A DNA stretch of 64,000 nt from Acidobacteriota bacterium (GTDB lineage Bacteria; Acidobacteriota; UBA890; WLXD01), in the NCBI GenBank assembly GCA_965205505.1, contig CBDBHB010000009.1, forward strand, positions 992,001-1,056,000. Direction: 5' to 3'. Made by a program: the position numbers and the translations under genes. The notes under the pieces were generated by a model that had not been told where the DNA came from, did no database searches, and was given only the letters and a program-made list of their open reading frames with translations. Below are positions 58,821-64,000 of this stretch, one piece after another (position 1 is the stretch's first letter; each line of letters starts with the position of its first letter).

Positions 58821-60464
58821 TTACTGTTCGCCCACCTGCCCCAACAGCGCCGATCGCTCAGTGATTATCCGATCAGCGAAACGGTTGAACGCGTGCTCCG
58901 TGGCGGTGTCCTCGCCGCCCCAGATCGGTATCCGGCGTCCTAACGCGGTGAACGTGTCGTACAGGAGGAAGCCGGCCAGCTTGCCCTGTCCCGATCTTCC
59001 AGTGGCGAGGATTTGGCCTGGATAGGCTGCGGTACCGACGATCGGCAGCAGCCCGACGGCCAGTGCCATCCAGGGAACCGGAAGCCCACGGAGTCGTGCC
59101 TGGGTGGCCCGACAAACCGTGTAGGCCGTGCGGGCGATGCTGCCGCCAAGGAGCAGCCCGAACGGCACCACCCAGAGGGGCAGTATCGCTAGCTGGGCGA
59201 GCAGCGGCAGCAGCAGCCAGGTCACCGACTTGGAGGCTGGCTTGAGCGCCAAATGGACGGCGAAGTCGGTCAGGTAGCTAGACTGCTCGTGTCCGGACAT
59301 CCGGCACAGGAAGGCGGCCTCGCGCCGCCCGAGTTGGCCGCGCTGATGCCAGCGACGCACTCGGCGCAATGCGTAGAGTCGGCCGCTGCGGGCGCGATAC
59401 GGTTGCGACGCAGCAAACCGCCAGGCGATGCGCAGGCCCCCGAGAGCGTCGATGCGGCGCGCGACGCGCAACCAGCGCCGCGCGCCAGACACCACACACG
59501 AGACCAATGATCGTGATCCGCGCCTGATCTCGGACGCATGCCAACGCAGCGGGTGATCTTGATACCAGCGTGCTTGGGCGACGTTCAGTTGGCCTCGCAG
59601 CATAGCGCAGTGCAGGCTGCGATCGCGTCGCGGCAACGATTTCCACTCCTGCTGGGCGTCCCGCAGGTGGCAGGCCCATTGCCGCACCCGAGAAACGCCG
59701 CCATCGCCCACCGCTGCGTCGATATCGTCGGCGTGAGCCCCGACGTAGCCGAGGAGACGCTCCACATCGACATCGTCGAATAGCGGCCGCCCGAGTTGGA
59801 AGCTCCGCGGCAGGTAGTACGTGAACAGCGGCCGCGGGTCGGCGGGAAACAGGGCGGGAACACCGGACTCGAGATCGATCCAGGCCCATTGCGTGTCGGC
59901 GGCGCCGCGACTTCCCCGTCGGCGCTCGATCACCAGAAAGTTGTTGGCCGCCACGGGGTTGCCGTGGCCCGCCTGCCATACCAGGCCGTCAAAGCCGCTG
60001 GCGTCGAGATGGTGTTGCAGCGGTCGCATGATCTTGTCGCGAAGCTCGACCTGCTCGTGGTCGCGCGATGCGGAGAACGGGTGGTGCAGTGCCGCGGGAT
60101 ACCCCTTTACGTAGCGGGTGTGGAGCTCCCAGGCGCGTGCTGCCTGGTTCCAGAGCACCTGGGTGGCGTCTGCCACCTGCAGGCGCTCGCCGAACCAGTA
60201 GGGCACCAGCAGGGCTAGGATATTTCGGCGATAGAGGGCGCATCGGACGGCGGGGCCGGACCATGAGTACGGGTTAGGGGCCCCGAAGGCGATCCGATGC
60301 ACCAGATCACCGAGGGTGTCGCCGAGGAACACCTTCACCGCCAGCTTGCCCTCCGGGGCATCCTGGCGGTAGACCACGCCGGAGCGGCCGCGTCCGAGCG
60401 GTTGCCGCGGTGTGTTCGCGGCTTATCTGCGCCGCGCTGGCTTGATTGAGGCTACTGCGCCCAA
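58821..60464 (-). pseudogene. Kinase-fold-like membrane protein with in-frame TAA at codon 14 (60423-60425)
   Basis: GAGAGGG + TTG 60464, 13 codons, TAA, then in frame LGRGRSGVVYR...AVKVF, GNPVAANNF, WIDLESG, C-terminal TM helices. Confidence 0.6.
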
Positions 60465-60532
60465 GGCCCACCCTCTCGACAGAATTGTAAGGAGAAAGCC
60501 GGCGCACTCCGAAGCCCTTTCTGACCCGCGCC

Positions 60533-60907
60533 TTATCGTCGTAGCTGGATATCGGGTGCGCCCGTGGGGGTCAACGCGAGCTCCGGCGGGGCGAAGTCGT
60601 GCTGCACGAGCATGTAGGCGGTGATGTCCCAGTAGTCCTCAGTCGCGAGGCTACCCTCGCCGGCGTACGGCATGAACTTGCGGTTGTACTCGAACAGCCC
60701 GGCCGCTGTCCCGTAGCTGCTCAGCACCGCCGGTGAAAGCCGTGAGCCGATCCCCTCTCCGGAGTCGTGGCACTGGAAGCAATACCGCGCGTAGAGATCG
60801 TTACCCCGGTCCACATCGGCGTACTGCGTGCGGTCACAGGCGACAAGCGCAACGGCAGCCCAACCCACGAGCCCCGCCAGCACCAGCGCCAGGCGCCCCT
60901 GGGTCAT
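60533..60907 (-). CDS. Monoheme cytochrome c, probable lipoprotein
   Basis: LVAC lipobox, CFQCH, MPY axial Met; ATGA overlap with the upstream gene. Confidence 0.88.
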   Translation of the reverse strand: MTQGRLALVLAGLVGWAAVALVACDRTQYADVDRGNDLYARYCFQCHDSGEGIGSRLSPAVLSSYGTAAGLFEYNRKFMPYAGEGSLATEDYWDITAYMLVQHDFAPPELALTPTGAPDIQLRR

Positions 60908-62172
60908 GCCACCGAGATGGGGTGCGGCAGCGGCAGGTTGAACAGATAGCCTTTCTCGTTGAACGGGATGTCGTCCGGTTGCGTGTTTCCGGCCACGTCG
61001 GTGGCGCGGGTGATCATCGTGTGCGCGCCGCTCGATGCCACCCACTCGATCTCGAACCGGGTCCACGCGTAACGCATGACCGGCTCCAACAGCTGTGCCT
61101 CCGACCACGTCGCGCCATCGTCGACGCTCCACAGCACACGCGCGATGGGCGCGTGAGGCGAGTGTGCAAAGCCGCGCAGGGTCATCGCGCCCGGGCTCAA
61201 CCGTACCGGCCACGGCAGCGCCAGCACACTCTTGATCGACTGCAGGGTCGCGGGCCGACCTAGCGCCTCGCCCTCTGGCGGGTATGCGTCGCCGATCAGC
61301 ACATAGGAGGTGGTGTTGTTGCGGCTCCAGATCTTCTCGGTGGCCACGACGATGCGGCCGAGCCACTTGATGTTGGTGCTACCGACCCAACCGGGTACCA
61401 CGGCGCGGAGTGGGTGGCCGTGATCCGGGGGCAGCACCTCACCGTTCATACGGTCTGCCAGTATCGTGTCGGGATCGAGCGCCTTGGCGATGGGAATGGG
61501 CCGCCGAAACCCTTCCTCGGGAGATTCACTGTCCAGACCTATCAACTGCGCTTCAACAGCATCGTCGCGTAGCTCGGCGAGCCGCAGTACCTCACCTAGC
61601 GGCACACCACCCCATTCCGCCATACCGATGCCGCCACGTCCCCACTGCGTTCCGGTGGCCACCTGCCCCAGCAGCAGCTCGAAGAATGAGCGCTGGTTGC
61701 CGCCGCACTCGACGTAGGCGAAGACGCTGCGCCGCGGCAATGTCTGCAGTTGCTCGAGCGTCAGGTCGATCGGTTTGTCGACGCCCGGGCCTTCGATGCG
61801 CAGCGCGTAGCGATCGACGTCGACCGCGATGCTCGAGGAGTTGTTGCGTACGAAGAACTGGGAGGCGGGCGTCAGAAAGGAATCGAGTCGGTCGATGCGC
61901 GCCTCGAGATTGCGCGCGCCGTGAGGGATGAAATCGGTGGTGTCCTTGAAGAAGACGCTGGCCGGCGCGTCGGAGCTGCGGGACGCCGTCGCGCTGTGTT
62001 CCCCCTGCGTGGCGCACGCGGCCAGGAACCCACCCGCCGCGCCGGCAGTCACCAGACTTATGAAGCGCCGCCGGTCGACACCGTAACGGGAACAGGATGC
62101 CCGGAACCGCTCCAGTAGGTCCTGCGCCTCATCGCTATGGGCGGGAGGAAGAGGTTGGTGCCGTTGGGGCAT
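60904..62172 (-). CDS. Sulfite oxidase family molybdoenzyme (SorA/SoxC-like), Tat-exported
   Basis: DRRRFISL twin-Arg; FFVRNN, ECGGNQR Moco Cys, HGHPLR.VVPGWVG...IKWL. Confidence 0.9.
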   Translation of the reverse strand: MPQRHQPLPPAHSDEAQDLLERFRASCSRYGVDRRRFISLVTAGAAGGFLAACATQGEHSATASRSSDAPASVFFKDTTDFIPHGARNLEARIDRLDSFLTPASQFFVRNNSSSIAVDVDRYALRIEGPGVDKPIDLTLEQLQTLPRRSVFAYVECGGNQRSFFELLLGQVATGTQWGRGGIGMAEWGGVPLGEVLRLAELRDDAVEAQLIGLDSESPEEGFRRPIPIAKALDPDTILADRMNGEVLPPDHGHPLRAVVPGWVGSTNIKWLGRIVVATEKIWSRNNTTSYVLIGDAYPPEGEALGRPATLQSIKSVLALPWPVRLSPGAMTLRGFAHSPHAPIARVLWSVDDGATWSEAQLLEPVMRYAWTRFEIEWVASSGAHTMITRATDVAGNTQPDDIPFNEKGYLFNLPLPHPISVA

Positions 62173-62235
62173 CGGAAGCCTCCGGATCAGGGATACGCTG
62201 TTGACTCTCGATACGCTTGTCGCCGCGGCGACTTC

Positions 62236-62376
62236 AGCACGGTGCTGAAAAACTCTGGCGGGTCTGGCGCGTGGGCCGGCAACCCCCAGGCGCCCGAAGG
62301 GTTACGGCGTCGTGAGGCCATCTGCAGCGTTGGCCCTCTTGGACGATACAACAAGCATCGCCTGCGTCGCGCCGCC
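62236..62376 (+). repeat. Diverged, truncated member of the 279-bp repeat family
   Basis: agcacggtgctgaaaaactctggcgggtctgg left end; shortened first arm; cccgaagggttacggcg junction; part of the second arm. Confidence 0.75.
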
Positions 62377-62492
62377 AGGGACGACCGCTCGGCCCGAGGC
62401 GACGTCCGGTCACCGTTCGCAGCGACCGTCCGATCGATCCACCCTTGGTTGGCAGCGCTATGGCCGCGATAATCGAGCTGCACGTCAGGCTA

Positions 62493-62540
62493 CGCACCCG
62501 GGCGGAGACCCCGGAGCAACGGGTTTTCCGCTCGGGTGCG
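62493..62540. promoter_or_regulatory. Long hairpin
   Basis: cgcacccgggcgga pairs with tccgctcgggtgcg (14 bp, one G-T), extendable inward. Confidence 0.5.
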
Positions 62541-62578
62541 ATCCTCCTCCAAAGGCACCGATGACCGGATCGGCGAGT

Positions 62579-62731
62579 ATGTCGCGCCCCACCGATCGCA
62601 CCTTGTTGCGCCTGGGAGTTCTCCTCGTTGCGGTGCTCGCCGTCATGGCGGCGCTCGATCTGCTGCGCGGCACCGGCGGCCGCGCCTGGCTCGTAGGCAC
62701 GTGGCGCGCCGAGGCCACCGACGCCCGATGA
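62579..62731 (+). CDS. Possible 50-aa membrane peptide
   Basis: LLRLGVLLVAVLAVMAAL hydrophobic core; stop overlaps the next ATG (ATGA). Confidence 0.4.
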   Translation: MSRPTDRTLLRLGVLLVAVLAVMAALDLLRGTGGRAWLVGTWRAEATDAR

Positions 62732-63897
62732 CCGGCAGCGGCAACACTTCGGAGGCCCTCGTATCACTCACCCGTGATCTGATACGCATTCCCAGCGTGT
62801 TGGGTGGTGAAGGACCGGTCGCCGCTCGCGTCGTCGCCGAGATGCGCTTGCTGGACTACGACGAGGTCGAGATCGACGCCTCCGGCAACGCTGTCGGCGT
62901 GCTTCAGGGCGCCACTGATGGGCCGACCATTCTCTTCGACGCACACATGGACACGGTCGACGTTCACCCGCGCGGCGCCTGGTCCCATGACCCGTTCGGT
63001 GGCGACGAGACCGATGGGCGAATCTACGGCCGTGGCAGCTCCGACATGAAGGGTGCGCTGGCGGCGATGATCCACGGCATCGGCACGCTTGATCGATCGA
63101 CGCTCGGTGGTCGCGCCGTGGTCTCCGCGTCGGTCGGCGAGGAGCTCATCGAAGGGGCGGCGTTGCGCATCGTGATGCAAAGGCACGGGGCCGATTTCGT
63201 CGTCATCGGCGAGGCCTCCGATCTGGATGTCGCGCGCGCAGGGCGCGGGCGCGCCGAATGGGTCGTGGTCACCAAGGGCGTGCCATCTCACGCCTCCACG
63301 CCCGATCAGGGCGTCAACGCAGTGCACTCGATGCGCGCCGTGATCGAGCAGATCGAGGCGCTGCCCATGGCGGACGATCCGTTCGTCGGGGACGGCGTCA
63401 TGTGCCTCACCGACATCATCTCGATCCCGCATCCGGCGCACTCGGTGGTGCCGAGCGGCTGCCGGGCAACCTACGAGCGTCGGCTGTTGCCGGGCGACAC
63501 CGAGGACCAGCTCACCGCCGAGCTGCGAGCTGCCTGCGTCCGCGCCGGCGACGACGACACCCAGATCAGACTAGCAAATGCCGACTACACCACCTACACG
63601 GGGGTTCGCTGGGAGATACCGAAGTGGTTCGCTCCCTGGGAACTCCCCGAAGACCACGAGCTGGTACAGGGAGCCCTGCAAGCCTTGCGCGGAATCGGCC
63701 AGTCACCCGGTCTGCGCAGCTACCAGTTCTGCACTAACGCAGCGTACAGCGCCGGCTACGCCGCAGTTCCGACGATCGGCTACGGCCCATCGCGCGAGGA
63801 TCAGGCGCACGTGATCGACGAATGCATCGAGCTCGCCGATCTCCTGGCAGCGAGCGACGGTTATCAAGCGATCACATCGGAGCTGCTGAAGAGGTAG
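62728..63897 (+). CDS. M20 family metallo-hydrolase (ArgE/DapE/YgeY-like)
   Basis: DAHMDTV, GRGSSDMKG, GEE, SHAS.P..GVNA, AHVIDE. Confidence 0.9.
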   Translation: MTGSGNTSEALVSLTRDLIRIPSVLGGEGPVAARVVAEMRLLDYDEVEIDASGNAVGVLQGATDGPTILFDAHMDTVDVHPRGAWSHDPFGGDETDGRIYGRGSSDMKGALAAMIHGIGTLDRSTLGGRAVVSASVGEELIEGAALRIVMQRHGADFVVIGEASDLDVARAGRGRAEWVVVTKGVPSHASTPDQGVNAVHSMRAVIEQIEALPMADDPFVGDGVMCLTDIISIPHPAHSVVPSGCRATYERRLLPGDTEDQLTAELRAACVRAGDDDTQIRLANADYTTYTGVRWEIPKWFAPWELPEDHELVQGALQALRGIGQSPGLRSYQFCTNAAYSAGYAAVPTIGYGPSREDQAHVIDECIELADLLAASDGYQAITSELLKR

Positions 63898-64000
63898 CCG
63901 GTGCAAAACGATCGCAGTGGCGAACGCAGCAGGATAATGTGCGCCCGGGAACATGCTCTTTGCCGTCGAGCGCGAGGCGTTCGGTGACGGCGAGCTCTCC

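Noticed and set aside
62728-63897. Linking the YgeY-like hydrolase to the tRNA-Sec fragment as a selenium system
   Set aside because: 7 kb apart, no sel or selenium-dependent hydroxylase genes in the window, and the subfamily call is uncertain

Overview
High-GC bacterial chromosome segment, densely coding. The gene content (several PQQ/BamB-type propellers, a VPS10/BNR hydrolase, a DUF885 lipoprotein, an ADOP-permease tail) suggests Acidobacteriota, which is inference only. No rRNA, CRISPR array, transposase or integrase was seen. Main points: (1) A 13-gene, tightly coupled minus-strand operon (9232-25773) encodes an Fe-alcohol dehydrogenase, two beta-propellers, a HemN-like radical SAM enzyme, a TonB receptor, a flavin-dependent halogenase-like enzyme, an SSS transporter, GT4, a thioesterase, an ABC exporter and a terminal alkyltransferase-like gene facing ada. 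It looks like an uncharacterised biosynthetic or modification system. (2) A 279-bp CTAG-bounded, TIR-flanked, internally structured non-autonomous repeat occurs as 4 full copies plus several collapsed derivatives; it shows compensatory base changes and often sits on TAG stop codons. (3) The 3' 71 nt of a tRNA-Sec is present, with its 5' part replaced by sequence that extends the dyad around the anticodon loop. (4) A hydrolase gene is interrupted by one in-frame TGA followed by a SECIS-like hairpin, and a kinase-like gene is interrupted by an in-frame TAA. (5) A kynA-kynU locus lacks kynB but has a creatininase-family amidohydrolase nearby. There are also small unannotated membrane-peptide ORFs behind long hairpins and several gene remnants.
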